DNA of 64,000 nucleotides, taken from the NCBI GenBank assembly GCA_013239625.1, contig MU054391.1:8279095-8343094 (forward strand). Direction: 5' to 3'. The notes under the pieces were generated by a model. It had not been told where the DNA came from and ran no database searches. It was given only the letters and a program-made list of their open reading frames with translations. Below are positions 50,746 through 64,000 of the stretch, piece by piece. Within the stretch, counting starts at the first letter, position 1, and each line of letters starts with the position of its first letter. The position numbers were made by a program, and so were the translations under genes. The DNA comes from Lama guanicoe. Lineage: Eukaryota.

Positions 50746-53700
50746 TGTTGCAAGAATAGTTTAAAAATACAATTTTTAATCAAATGACAATTTACAGAAT
50801 ATTTACGTCCTAGTACATAATGACACTTAATCTACACCAAAGAGTAAAGTAAGATTTTAATGCCTGTTTTCCAGGCACATGGGTTCAGCAAGGGTCAGAA
50901 ATGAAAAGGTCTGTTTAATGATGACTCAGATAGTAAGTGACAGTCAAGATTTGAAAAAACTCTGAAGCCTATGATTCTTCCCAGGAGATCAGACTGCTCA
51001 GAGCTACCAACGGCACCATGCTGGGCTGCTAAGTGGGGCCAACCTGCTTACGTGGTGTCAGGGCAAAGCCAGAGCGGTCACTAAACAAAGACAAAATACC
51101 AGGCCACTCAAGTCGCCAGCAGAGCTCTGCCTATGGACAAAACGGATGGCGAATGAGGCTGTGGTAGAGACTGAGGTTCAGAGGACAATAGTAACAGCAA
51201 CCGAAGGGAAGAACAGCCACCACTTATGGGTGACCTGCTGCATTATAATGATCCTGTTAAACCCTTTACAGTTACATTCATTCCTAAACACTTTATTATT
51301 TTTTAAATTTTATTGTAAAATATGTTTCTTCTTTCATTATATATTTTAACTTATTTTACATATGGAAACTATCAATGTATTTTGTACCCAAACTTATAAA
51401 TATAAATGCAAAAAACGTGTATTTTTATGCCCCCTAAATGTACCAACTTTCAATTTTTCATAGAACATTTAGAGTGTTTCTTTTAATTCCTTGTGTTTAT
51501 TTTAATTCCTCAATTTCTCTAGGTTCTTTGCACCCTTATGTCCTTCATAATTTTATTTCTTCTGTGTACTGCTACTCTGTTTTTCCTTTTTACTTAAGGG
51601 ATCAAAGGGAGTCAACACAAATTGTGTGTTTAGTGTGTAATTGGGTAACACAAAGTGTACAATTTTTGATAATGGAGGTAAATAAGTAGATTCCAGAGAT
51701 GTACAGGGTAATAAGTGGTTTAATTTAATGACTGATTACTTGACTGAATGTGGGTGAAGGAAGGTGTGGAAGGAATGTAATGATAATGGGGATACTGGCA
51801 AGTAGCCAAGTTCAAGTTGAGAAGACCATCATATTGAGGTCTACTGCATTTATAGATGGGAAGGTAGAGAAAGGATTATCAAACAGTGAGGAATTTGAAC
51901 GTGAAGTAATGGAACATTACACGCCATGGCAGGATGAACAAAAGAAGGTGGGGATAACAAGAAACTCTATAATCTTCCTGTTAGCAGGAATTACATTCAC
52001 CCTTGTTTCCTGCAGTTGTCTACACAATGTATCCGGAAACATTTTATTCAGCTCTCCACCCTTTCTCATATGACTCCAACAAAAGTGCCCAAGTACACAG
52101 CTCCAGAATTAGATCCTGATCAGTTGGATGAAAACTGACTTTATCCTTTTCCTTTTAGGGAGATTAGTTTAGAATTGGCTGCTCTTCAATGCTGGTCGGT
52201 GCCATTTAAGGAGAATTCTCCAGTAGGATGTCTTATCCCCTCTGATCACTGCCATTTCTGGATAATGATGCCTGAAACTGCTACCATTCTGAGTATGACG
52301 CCAATACACAGAAAGAGCAACGTCGATAGAATCAAAAAGAAGCAGAGCAGAAGACCTGGCATACCACAAGTCAAGTCATCTCTACTATTGATCTTACTGC
52401 ATAAGGAAATTTTTTTATCATCAGTGCAGTTTGAATTGGATTTCTATTACTCCCAGAAAGCACCACAAGATAAAGAATCACTTGGGTCATATGCAATAAA
52501 TAGAATATGACAGGCAACTAACAAAAATGGTTTAATAAACAAATGTACAGATGCATGTAAATAAAGTTTAGCAATCTTTTAGTATTTGCATCCTGAAGGG
52601 TCATCATGTAAAGGTTTATTCGCCCTGCCTTTTTACATGGCTAAATCATCTTGATGACTTAGGTGAATTAGCTATGCCTGATGTTTCGTGGGGAAATATA
52701 ACATGTGCACATCCACTTCTTACACGACTTTTTGTAAAATTATGAATAATAAATCTTCTCCAAGTTAATCGCTATACATTCAAGTTACACTTCCATAATG
52801 CCTAAGTGTAACAGGTCACTCGTATCTTAACTTTACAAGGATCAGCTGGTACACACATGAGCAGTATCTATTTTAATTTATTCTTTGAGTTATTGGCAAA
52901 CTCTCTGCTTCCTCCTGTTGCCACTGTATACGAGTCCTAGAGAGGGTAAACTCCAATTCAGATGGTTAGATTGAATACAAATATGTACATATATATCTTG
53001 GAGGAGATTCATGCTCGTGATCAACCATCTCTAAAGATGCAGCCAAACGGTTCTCTCTGACTCTAGGGAACTTTTAATCTCCACTCAGAAGCTTCTTTAC
53101 AGCATTTTATTGTGGCTGAACCACGCTGGAGATTGAAATGGATGCAAGCATAAATCCCTTAATTGTGTTGGGACTCAATTATGCTTCCATAAGAAAGGAG
53201 TAAACCAGCTCATTAATATATTTTATTTACCCACTCATTGCTTTGGAGTTCTGTGTTCCCACAGGAAATGTCATTCATTTGAAGAATGGGATTTTCTCTT
53301 AGTGTCTACATCTGCTCAGTTGGATTTTGTGATGGTACATAAAAAGGAAAAAAAAATAACATCCAAATAGGCACTACATCAGCGAGAAATAACTGAGAAA
53401 TTATTATGTTCTTGTGGATTGAACATACATCCACAAGCAACACGTATCATTTTTGTGTATTTAACAGAAGAAACAGAGGTAAGCTGGCATCAAATTCTTT
53501 CTTAAATGATTTCTCATTCTTACTTATTCTTTTTTTGTTTTTCATTTCCTTTTTGTGTTTTTCCTTGTGTTTTCAATTTTTAGAAAATATTTTATCTTAT
53601 ATTTTTATCTGACATATTTTTAAAAAATCATTTTGCTGTTCAGATCTTAACCCTTCTAACTGTATTTCAGATTCCACCCTTTTCTCCTCTTTCCTTCCCA

Positions 53701-54714
53701 GCTGCACACACAGTCTTATTAGAATACTGAATTCTGTACCTTTCTTTTCCCAGTAGCATGTATGTTGCTTATTAGCATTATGTTCCTTTTATAAACTTTT
53801 AAAGGCCAAAATGATTCCAATGACTTTTTACGAAAGTGAAAAACCTTCTTGAAAGATTACCTCTTGGTTTCCTGTAAGAATCGAAAAAACATTTATTGGA
53901 CCAAAATGCTAGGGCATGTTGTCTCATTTTTCAGAGCATCATTTTGTATTTTACCTCTATCTTATCCCGTACATCCTGTGTGGTAAGATGAAGCCATCGA
54001 GATGTGAGGGGTTGGACTGGCCCTTTGAAAGCTAAGAAGGTCTAAAGGAAGGTCTTGAAGGTTAAATAGGAAGGGAGTTGAGGTGGGTGGATTAGTCCTT
54101 TTATTCTAAAGAATCTATTCTTTTCTGAGTCTTTGACACTGGATTCATAGGGAGCCAACATTAACCACGGTGTGGGCATGAAAGAGCCAAAAATGCATCA
54201 CTGAGAGTGTTTTTATTTTTCTAATCTTTTCTCTTGTAGCCCAGGGATGGCTCCATGTGTCCTAAGCTGGTGCTCCTGGAGATTATCCTCACTTCATGGA
54301 AAGAGGTTTTAAGCTTCATGGGCACCGTCTAGGTATTCCCCGTCCCCCCGGACTGTGGTGGGGGTGGACGAATAGATCAGGACTCAAGACTCCTAGTCCT
54401 ACTCAGGGCCATTTCCTGAGAGTTACGTCTCCCTTGATTCCGCATGCTCCTTGGGCCCTTTCAGTGTAAGCTTACTTTCACTGCTTCGGGGACATTAGTA
54501 TTTCTCAGTTATAATCTAGGCTGATTCTTTTGACACTTTCTAATGTTGTATCCTATTCTTTTCTTCCCCAAATTGTCTTTATAATTCCACTGTGCTATAC
54601 TCTTCTGCTTTGACGCCTACCTCACTGACTCTTCATTCTCTCGCTTTTGTCTTTTGCTCCGGTTAAATTTTTGCTTACTTGAATTTTTTACCCCAGATTT
54701 TCTCCCTTGGTTTC

Positions 54715-54816
54715 CTGTTACTCCTCCTCCTCCTTACTTCCTCCTTCTCCTCTTCCTCACCCAACCTTCATTCCTCTCTCCCCTTCTTCCTTCTCTTCCC
54801 CTCCCCCATCCCCCCT
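54715..54816 (+). repeat. C/T-rich low-complexity tract
   Basis: ctcctcctcctccttacttcctccttctcc ... cccctcccccatcccccc. Confidence 0.85.
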
Positions 54817-55169
54817 TGCTATATTGTAGGTGCTGTTTCCACATTTGGTGCATCTTTAGCTTAATAATACTCCAAAATGACTTCTTAAGAAAACATTATT
54901 GCTTCGGATGTGTCTTTTCAAGCTTTCACTTGACAATGTTTAATTTTTTAAGAGAAACTTTGGTAGCCAACGTATTGTTGAATATTATTTTTCTCACCAG
55001 TTTCAGAGTATAGTAGGTCAGATTAACTTACATTTATTGCAAGTACAGCGATATTAGGACTCCACTTTACCGTGTTAGTTCCATTTGTTCTTCTTAACAT
55101 ACAATGTATTAATCCGCTCCTTTATTGCCCGAACCCTCCACCCATTTTCCAGGCTCCAGGGAGTCCTCA

Positions 55170-56050
55170 GGTTTCAAGACACTCCTCACAGCTGCAAAGC
55201 TTTCCTCACTTCAGAGACGCTAGCATTATCATCTTTTCCTTGAACTACTTTGGTGGACTCTTAATTAGTCTTCACAAATCAAACTTTTAAAACCTCATAT
55301 ATCCTCCAGATATATGATTTTAAAAAACCACATCTGATAATATAATTCCCAGTTCCAACAAATACATACTAAATAAAAATTTCCTTTGAACAGGCCACCT
55401 CTGCCCAGGAAGTGATTACATCCCACTCCAGTCTTCTTTTCTTTGCATATATATAGACAGTTTACAATATTGTGTCAATTCCTGGTGTGCAGCATGAACA
55501 TGCATGTATTTGCTTTCATATACTTTTTCACTGTTAAGTTACTGTAAGATATTGAGCATAGTTCCCTGTACTATACGGTGTAAACTTGTTGTTTATCTAT
55601 TTTATATATATTAGTTAGTATCTGTGGATCTCAAACTCCCAATCTTACTCCACCCTTCTAAATGCATGCACTTTTAGTCGGTTCTTTACCATCCTTTAAA
55701 TATGCCGTATTCTTGAATGTCTCTTGGGTTTATCTTCCCTTGTGTCTGGGATGTCTTTACTCTCCTTGTTTATCTAACAATTATATATCCTACTATATAC
55801 AGACTAACCATCCCCTTCTCTGCGAGAACTTTAGAGCAAAGCACTGTTTAAACAGAATTGTTCATCCTTTTTCCCTTTAACATTTTGCTCCTGACCCCTT
55901 ATTAACCCTCATTACAAGGTACTGTCATTTAACTATGTTTTCATAAGCTACTTTATGAAACTCCTTAGGATAAGGGCAACACCTTAGTGGTCCTCTGTAG
56001 TGTCAATTTCCATGCCATCAGTGTTCGTGGAATTTCTTGAATAAGTTAAC
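55170..56050 (+). mobile_element. L2 fragments interrupted by a minus-strand L1 3' end (~55435-55660)
   Basis: L2-like aaaccacatctgataatataattcc; L1 tail gtttacaatattgtgtcaattcctggtgtgcagca..tagttccctgtactatac. Confidence 0.6.
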
Positions 56051-56358
56051 AAACGCTGCAATGTGATACTCTCCTGAGGAATAATGCATGATAAGCTAGT
56101 GTGAGCTGTTTGCGTGAGCAGGGGTTAGTGCCAGCAGTATAGTGGAAAAGACATGTGACTTAGATTCACCACAAGCTTCCAGAAGTGTTCCTATTTTATT
56201 CTGTTTAGATGGAAAGTAAATTTCAACAAACTAGATTCATTTAATATATATTCATCATATATAATGTGCTATGCTAAGGGCTGCTAGTAATAAAAAGCTA
56301 AAAACCATAAAGTTCTGTGCTGAGTTCATACAGCAGAGAGCCTTAGAAGTGAGATATC

Positions 56359-56773
56359 TATTGCTGATTAAATTCCCTGAGAAGCTCGTCCAAAGACAAA
56401 ACTCAGCATGCAAACGGTTTCTTAAGGAGTGCTTTTGGGATATCACTTGTGGGAAACAGAATTAGGCATACGGAGATGTTGGGCTAGAATGCAATCTATA
56501 CCAGAAAAACAATTTTTTTTTTAACGTGACCCCGAGGGAAGTTCTCCATCTGGGATGGCCTTTCAGTGTTGTCCTGAGCTCGAGGGAGCACTGAGCCTGC
56601 CTACTCATTGGACAGAGGCTGCCCAGGAAGTGATTAACCTTGGGCTAGATGATGCTTGTCTCCGATACATGCTAACAACTGAAAGCTATCTTCTGGAAGA
56701 ATTTTAAAAACCTCAGAGAATGTCCTTCATTCCTGAAAGAAGATTTAGGTGTTACATCAAAACATCCACTAAA
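56359..56773 (-). mobile_element. ERVL 3' LTR (LTR16/LTR33-like)
   Basis: aattccctgagaagc..ggagtgcttttgggatatcacttgtggg ... ggatggcctttcagtgttgtcctgag ... aacatccacta. Confidence 0.75.
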
Positions 56774-59419
56774 GTCCAGCCCTTGCATCATGTAAACCCA
56801 CACATATTTTCCCAGGCGACAGAGGAGGAGTGAAACGAACAATAAACGAAGGACAAATACAGTGGAACAAATTACAGCCCTGAGCTGGTTCTGAGGCCAC
56901 AAGTGATACTATCATGTTTCTCCTCTACTCTTATTCTGTACTTTTCCCGTCAGCTATCACCTCTGCTAAACCGGGGACATGACTCTCATCCATGACTCAC
57001 ATGCTCATGCTTGAGGAATCTGAGCCAGTGAGCAGCCTGTCCTCCTTAGGCCATCACTACTGTACTTGTCCATTAACTATCAACACTGGGCCAGAGAATA
57101 CAAACATACACCCAAGTGAATCACCTGGGTGCCCAACACACTGCTTCCCGTCACCACTGTTTCACAGCAGGTCTACCACATCGCGATGATCAGCCATCAC
57201 TGCACTGCAGGCGCGTGCAACAGGGGCTCCTACTGGGTTGAGTTTTCAGTACTCCACTCTCATCCTGAAAGAACCAGGGGCGGGTCTACAGAATTAAACA
57301 GAAATGTAACAGAGACCACTAGCCCTTTGGACAATATACTACATGTGGCATGTTTTTTGGCCAGGGTGAGGTGCACTTTCAGAGACTCCTACTGACCTTT
57401 CCCACACGTTTAACTCTTATTCTACAGGTGTACAAATCAATGTAGAGCTTGTGGAAATGACCACCTGTCTATTCTGAGTATGCACTAAGGAAGTAGGGAT
57501 GTAAGCACTGTACAGGAGGCATCCAAGGACAAGCTGTCCAACTGTGGGCTGACTTGTGACTGGACTCTATTTATTAACGGGTGCCCCTGATGATGCTTCA
57601 GGTTTCCAGATATCATCACTACCTTGCACCCCACGTACAACAGTGCCTGACATGTTCGGGCAGTCCCCTTTCTGAAGTATGTGGTTAGTTAAGGGAAATG
57701 CCTCAAATCCCTCGGGGGAGGTACCTGGAGGTGTCCTTATTTACATGGTAATTTAGGGCCCTACTTCTTGGGACTCACCCTCGTCTTGAGTCAAGGAGTC
57801 AGTGTTCAAACTTGGCTCAAGTTCAGAAACCAAAAAAAAAAAAAAAAATCATTTTTAATTGAAGTAGTTGCTCACAGCCTCCTAATCACCCATCTTTGAC
57901 ATATTTGGTTGTACAGACTGAGCATTATCCTTTTGGCTGCCCATAAACTTTACGCCTAAGGAAGCTGTATTCCATTAACCATCTCATAACTTTCAGCAAG
58001 TCAGATCTCCTTGGTGACTACTCCAGCTTAGACTTAAATTGTAGTAACTGTATCCACCTGGCTCCTCACAGTTAGCTGTGCCATTGCCTGGTCCCTGTTA
58101 TTCCGGCGTTCTGTCATCACCACGTCTATTAATAAGCCCAGTCTGAGAATAACGAGTCTCACAGTAAGTCGTGACCAACAGTGGAGAGCTACTACTCGAC
58201 TTCTAAGTGACGCTGGAGTCCACACTGCCAGCACACTCTTATGTGCCCTCCAATAGAAGACAGTCATTTAGGGTCTTTTTTTTTTTCCAGTTTACACATT
58301 ATATCTCACTCCTTCAAGCCTTTCAATCCTGTTGTACATAATCTATCATGACAGGTCTGGCATTTTCACCTGAGTACGGGTTATCTGTTTTTCCGTGATT
58401 CTGTAAGACATCCTAACTCCGCGTTTGCATTTATTGTAGGGGGCCTGAACCCTGAGACAATACTCCAAAATTGAGCAATACTTGCTTTACCCAGCCCTGC
58501 CTACTACTGCACGCTCGTCTTCTGCTTTCTCTCCCAGCCATTGCTGGCTAAGTGTTGGCGAATCCCTTCTAGTCTTTTGAGGTGTGGTTGCTTTCCTCTC
58601 TCATCCCGCACAGCACGTCACCAGGTGGTTTATGCTGTGACTTAACCTCTGGCTATTGACCTAAAGGCCAGAACAGGATGTGGATAAAGATCCTGAGGAT
58701 GGAAGATTTTGTCAGGCAAGGAATAGGTCTCTGCGTCATTGTGATGCAAAGGAGGTGCAGCAGGGGTTATCTATAAACAGGAGTGTGTTGGCCCCTTCCT
58801 CAGGCACAGAGGCAAGGATGTAGGAGATACAGGGGTACAATAGTTTCAGGTGCATTCACCCAGATGTTCTCACCCCATGAGACAGATCCCCCTGTTGTTC
58901 CCAACTTGAGTTCCAGTGTTGTCATAGCAGACCTACTAAGGTTGAGAATTTTTTGTCACTCTGCTACTCTTCTGTTTGAGACCACAGCATTCTTTGCTCT
59001 CTAGTTGCAACAAATGAAATCCTCTTCACCATGCTACCAACACTTTTTTTATGCTTTTACCCATGCTTCGAGTTTAATTTAGATTAATCAGTCATATTTG
59101 TTATCTTTTCCAAAGCATACATCAAGCTTAGCAAAGCTATACAGTTCCACTCTCCTTATAACTACTCTGCCTCCAATATTTCTCAGACATTTAACATATC
59201 ACATCACCCAGTGAACTCCCTTCAACTATCTTCCTGAGTGTGTACCACCTCAGTTCAACATCAATGAAAGTTTTCAAAATTATTCTGTCACCTTGTGCCA
59301 GGAGCGACCTGCACTCTACCTGCCCCCCAGTGATGGGGTTCTCTTTTCCCTTTTGAGTAACTCAACTTCAAAATCCCAAACTTAGCATCTTCTTTCCTAC
59401 ACAAATTCAGATACCAGCC
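56774..59419 (-). mobile_element. ERVL internal region (gag and protease remnants; most of pol missing)
   Basis: Minus-strand NSQP..VCY (~58925-58950), PASLRSRVVALHCWSRLTV (~58160-58217), PPRDLRHF..QALLYVGCKVVMISGNLKHH (~57590-57720); degraded PBS near 59400-59417. Confidence 0.8.
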
Positions 59420-59857
59420 TATTTTGGTCAGATTCACTAGGAAGAAGGGCATGTTACGGGGATTATCATGCAGAAGATTTATTAGGGGATTATTTATTTG
59501 GGGAACACTACCTGTGGAAGATAAAGAAAGGGGACAAGATTGGGTAGAAAGAGTAGTCTTCAGTCTCAATGAACACTTCATCCAACTGACAAGAGGTCTG
59601 AAACCAGAGGGTCCCTCAGATCTGTTCTGAATCTAAGGAAAGAATTAGGCCTTTACAACTTACATAAATCAACTGCTGGCTACATGCTGTCTCAGAAGGG
59701 CAAAGTGACATTGGACAAGATGACTGTCTTCATCTGAAGAATTCCAACCAGGGCTGAGAGCTGAAAACTCCCTCCTTGCAGCATTTCCAGTACATAGAGT
59801 AAGAAACCCCTCACGGCTGAAGGAGGACCTGGCTGGTTTATCATAGCACCCACTATA
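59420..59857 (-). mobile_element. ERVL 5' LTR (LTR16/LTR33-like)
   Basis: catgcagaagatttattagggga..acacctgtggaag ... ctgaaggaggacctgg..catagcacccactata. Confidence 0.8.
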
Positions 59858-59969
59858 GAAACACACACCATAATCTCATTAGCTCCATGTTTAAAGGGGT
59901 AAGAATGTACTTTGTCAGTGCATGGCCTAGCTGAAAATAGATGGATCTGGACCCAAGTGCTGATCATGA

Positions 59970-60187
59970 AATCCATGTTTCCCAGCTGGGAGCGATTTTG
60001 CTGTGCACAGGACATTTGTCAATGTCTGGAATCATTTTTGGTTGTGACACCTGGTGGCGGGTGATACTGTCATCTAGTGGGTAGAGGACAGGGATGCTTC
60101 TAAAACATCTTGCAATACACGAAACAACACAATGAAGAAATATGCTTCATAAAACATCAGCAGAGCTGACATTGAGAAGCCCTGGAC
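59970..60187 (+). mobile_element. hAT-Charlie MITE (MER20-like)
   Basis: gcgattttg..ggacatttgtcaatgtctgga..tttttggttgtgacac ... catctagtgggtagagg ... ttgagaagccctg. Confidence 0.88.
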
Positions 60188-60789
60188 TAGAATCTGTAAA
60201 TGCCATTTTAAAATATATTAACTATAAAAATAGCAATCCAAATCTATTTCTCTTTAAATAAGAGGAAATCCATTACTTTCAACCAAAATTATACACATTG
60301 CTTCAGAAATTCTGTATCTTTTATTTTCTCTTGTGCACTGAAAATGTCTTGGTTCCAGTAATTTTTCTATTCTTCTACAAAACTAGACAGTTTTTAGGCA
60401 AAATAGTGCAGTCACTAATTCAATGGTTAGATAAAGTGTATAATGTACATTGTCTCCCAGATGATACAAAGAGGAAAAGGAGTGCCGAATCTAGCAAACT
60501 GCTAAGATTTCACATAGTACTTTAGAATATTTGGTTATGGAAGATCAGGAGTTAAGTTTGAAAGAATGATAGAGTCGTCCTTTTAGTTCTCTCAATATCT
60601 CTTTAGGCTAAAATTCAGGGTATTCTTCCCATCTCCAAACAGTCTTAGGAAAAAGAACATTGAAACTGCTGTCATAAGCATTTACCACAGCAATGTAAGC
60701 TGTCGTCGTGAATCACAGATGTGTGTGTTATGCATTAAAATCAGGTTTTGCAAACTACCATGTGTTCATAATGAAAGAGCATGGGATGT

Positions 60790-61040
60790 GGTAACACAAG
60801 TTTGAAATACTCCTGAGCCATGGACAAGCTCTGTGTCCTTGGTCATGTGTCACCTGCTCACTGAACCTGTTTCCTCACTTTAATTTGAAGACGATGCACA
60901 CTTTGGAGTGTCCATATTTGCATATATATGTGTGTGTGTGCATGCCATCATGCCTGAAGTTTCAATGCAATTAAATTACTAAACGCATATGACAGTATCT
61001 AGCAGTGTGCCTGACCCATGGTAGTTGCTCAAATGCCAGG
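60790..61040 (+). mobile_element. MIR SINE
   Basis: gtgtccttggtcatgtgtcacctgctcactgaacctgtttcctcac ... agcagtgtgcctgacccatggtagttgctcaaatg. Confidence 0.8.
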
Positions 61041-62544
61041 TGAATCTTAATGACTAGCACTCAGATCCACCTAAAAAGACAAGAACATCTTGCAAGTAAT
61101 TACTTCTGTCTTCTAAGATAACCGCTGCTGTTTGGCAACACAGTAGGGACTCCCAGTAGAAGCAGCCTTGCTCTCACTGCATCTGCTCCAGAGAAATCAA
61201 GAAATAATTACCTTTTTATTTGGAGACTTGACTGATGCAGCAACCTTCCCTGTGGCTATGGGGAGATAAACTGGGCCAAGGAGAATAACCTGTGTTTTAT
61301 TCTGCCTTGATTGCTCCTGCTGCAGGGATAATTTGAGTTCAGGGTGCAGTGTACCACAGTGATTGAAGAGAAGACCTTGGGCACATCAACTCTCAGACAT
61401 CTCGATTACAGAAATTGGGGGCTTCCACTCTCTGTGCATGAATATGATGAGAATGTAACACACTCCTCTGCCAAAGCTGCTTTCTGCTTTCTATTAATAC
61501 AAGAAGAAAGCCAGTTGAAGAGTCAATGTCAATGCCAAAGTACCGAAATCATGACAAAAGCAAAAGCAATTATAGCCCCCATGACAAGTGCTTCTTTGCC
61601 CCAGGGGGAGAGATATAATATATACATATATTTATTGACAAACTACAAACCTACCTAAAATTATCAATTGGAAATTAATGCAAAAAAATACCTTTCACTC
61701 ACAGACTTTAAAAAAATAGTTAAACTCCCGAAGATTGTAAACTCTTCAATCGATCTTTAAGATCTCATTGATTTGGCTAGCTTCTTATAGTTTTAAAAAA
61801 AAAACATTGAAACTGAAAACTAAGTCCTATAAACATTAATCAGGTAAATAGGAAAGGTGAGGGAATAGTGTAATAATGCCTTGGGCGGAGGGGCTCAGGA
61901 AGGTAAGAAAATGTCGGTGACATATAACAAGGGCTGTGTTACAATTCAGAGCACCTAGGTTCTCATCTTAACCATCACACGCCAGCCGTCTGGTGTTACG
62001 TAAATCATTTTATCACTCTAAGTTTCAACTTTCAAACTGCAAAATTGAGATGACAAACAGGTCTATCACTTAAAAGTTTATAGAAATCTACACAAAATTG
62101 TGGATACAATATGCTCTTTAGATTATTTTAAAGCACCGTGAAAGGTTCACCATTATCATTAAACAGCATTATCTAAAAATATAAGTAATTTATTAAGGAA
62201 TGAGCAAAATGTCAGAAACACAGTGAGTGACCCATAGCAAGTCGTCTGTAATGGAGGCTGTCGGACATGGCATACAGGTAAAACGGAAGAGAGAGAGCCA
62301 CCTACAAGCTGTATGGGGCTAAACATGCTATTTAATTCTCAGCTCCCTCATCTGCTAAATGTTGAACAATGGTTAACCTGAACAATATCATGTAAACACA
62401 ATTAGATGGTCAAATAAACATTAAAAATAGTAGATGGTACTAATGATAGCAATATTTGTTTAATACTAGTAAAGGTAATAGTATAAGTAGAAACAGTAGC
62501 GCAAATATCGTGTGAAAACCATCAAATGAATGCCTTTTAAGATT

Positions 62545-62932
62545 TTAATTAATTTTTACCTGCAGTAACATTGTTTATAGTATTATGTAAGCTTCATGAG
62601 TACAACTTTATATCTCTACTTCTGTATACACCACAGCATGTTCACCACTGAAAACTCAGTTTCCATTTATCAGGATACAGTTGATCCTTTCTACCCATTT
62701 TATCCTCCCCCATGCACCTTCCCACCTTTGGTAACCACTCCTCTGCTCTCTGTACCTATTCTCATTTATTTGGGTTTTGTTTGTTTGTTTTTTATATTCC
62801 ACATATAAGGGAAATTATACAGTATTTTTCTTTCTCCATCTAACTTATTTCATTTAAGCATAATGCTTGCAAGGTCCATCCATATTATTGCAATGGCAAG
62901 AGTTTCTCTTTGCTGTGACTGAGTAGTATTCC

Positions 62933-62967
<35 letters not shown>

Positions 62968-62990
62968 CTCACACATCTTTATTCATCTGT
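62545..62990 (-). mobile_element. L1 3' end (L1MA-type)
   Basis: ctgtatacaccacagcatgttcaccac ... tattccacatataagggaaattatacagtattt ... tgagtagtattccactgtg. Confidence 0.85.
62935..62965 (+). repeat. (TG)n microsatellite
   Basis: About 15 TG units, read directly. Confidence 0.95.
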
Positions 62991-64000
62991 TCAATTACAC
63001 CACAAAGACAAGTATAAAGTATCATATGGCACTCACTACTCTTGATGATGTCTTTGTAATTTTCTTTAGGGATTAAGACTTGGCTACATAGAATCTTGTT
63101 ATATTTAAGTTGATTTACATTCATCTTTTAAGATATGACACCCACCCACTCCAGAAAGACTTCTTTCCATTCACATTCTAATTTATGTCTGTCTTCCATA
63201 TTCACCTCTATTTTAGCCATTTATACATCATATTGCAATCAAATATTTAAGTATATCTAACCTTGATTTGAGTGAGAGCAACACGAGATGGTGGAAAAAT
63301 AGCAAGTGTACATTGAAACGTTGATGGTCCTGTATACAAAAACATAAACACCTGACCTATCAAAATAATGAGCTTGATTTTTGTCATTTTGTTTGTTTTA
63401 TTGTTTTAATCTGTTCAAATAAAGTGAATTAATTCATTGGCGTTTTCCATCTAAAAAAGTTTGATTTTTGATTATTGAGCATGCAGTAAAGGTAATTCCT
63501 TCTATTTTATATACTGTTTTATTGGTGACTACTTTGTAGATTCATTAATCTGAATTAAACTACTGATTTGAGTAAGTGCTTCATCAGTGACTTCTTTCTC
63601 ACCTCTAGAAGAGTTTCTAATTAGAATAACCTTTCATAGCATTTTTTAGTTTAATAACTGCAAGCCTAATAATATATTCACTTCGCATTAAAACACTTGT
63701 CAATAGAGCCCATGGAATGATTGAACATGCAATACACACCTCCTGTCCTTCACACTGACGTGTATATAATATAGTCAGATCCACCTCTTCATTACTTCAA
63801 AAGAGCCAAATATGTCCTTTCCAAGAAATATCTCTTTCCAATCTTGATTTTCAAGGAGAAAGCATTTGCCAGGAATATCATTCTTTTTTTTTTCTTTTCA
63901 CTTTTCTTCCAGTTTAAATTTTTTTCCCTCTGTCATATTTTCAAAGTGTCATTACTGATAATGTATTTCTGTTCTTAAGTGTCATTAATTATGATAATTA

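Noticed and set aside
52784..52812. 9-bp inverted repeat gttacactt / aagtgtaac
   Set aside because: Too short to distinguish from chance
53975..54430. Possible ancient LTR (MamGypLTR-like)
   Set aside because: Only a compositional impression and one AATAAA; termini could not be defined
54654..55013. 119-aa Pro/Leu-rich ORF
   Set aside because: Translation of a pyrimidine low-complexity tract
1..64000. CRISPR arrays, operons, tRNA/rRNA/snRNA genes, NUMTs, CpG island
   Set aside because: None seen by eye; the sequence is mammalian repeat-rich DNA. Small exons or RNA genes could still be missed without alignment

Overview
AT-rich, CpG-depleted mammalian non-coding DNA (intergenic or deep intronic). 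I found no convincing host protein-coding exon, RNA gene or CpG island. Much of the window is a layered record of transposable elements: MIR, L2, old L1/HAL1, MaLR and ERVL LTRs, and hAT/Tigger DNA transposons. It also holds two decayed ERVL (LTR16/LTR33-type) proviruses on the minus strand, an ERV1-type LTR with a tRNA-Arg primer-binding site, and young L1 3' ends whose tail I recognise as camelid-type. I saw no Alu, B1, BovB or SINEC copies, so a camelid host (alpaca, llama or camel) is inferred, not proven. The ORFs I could identify are TE remnants; the rest look like chance ORFs. The most notable structures are (1) a ~379-bp, ~97-98% identical inverted copy of 40470-40848 inserted at 42712-43090 inside another L1, and (2) a 26-bp inverted repeat at 32326-32458 inside an L1. 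I did not find evidence for a novel multi-gene system. Family names come from recalled consensus sequences, and most boundaries are approximate.
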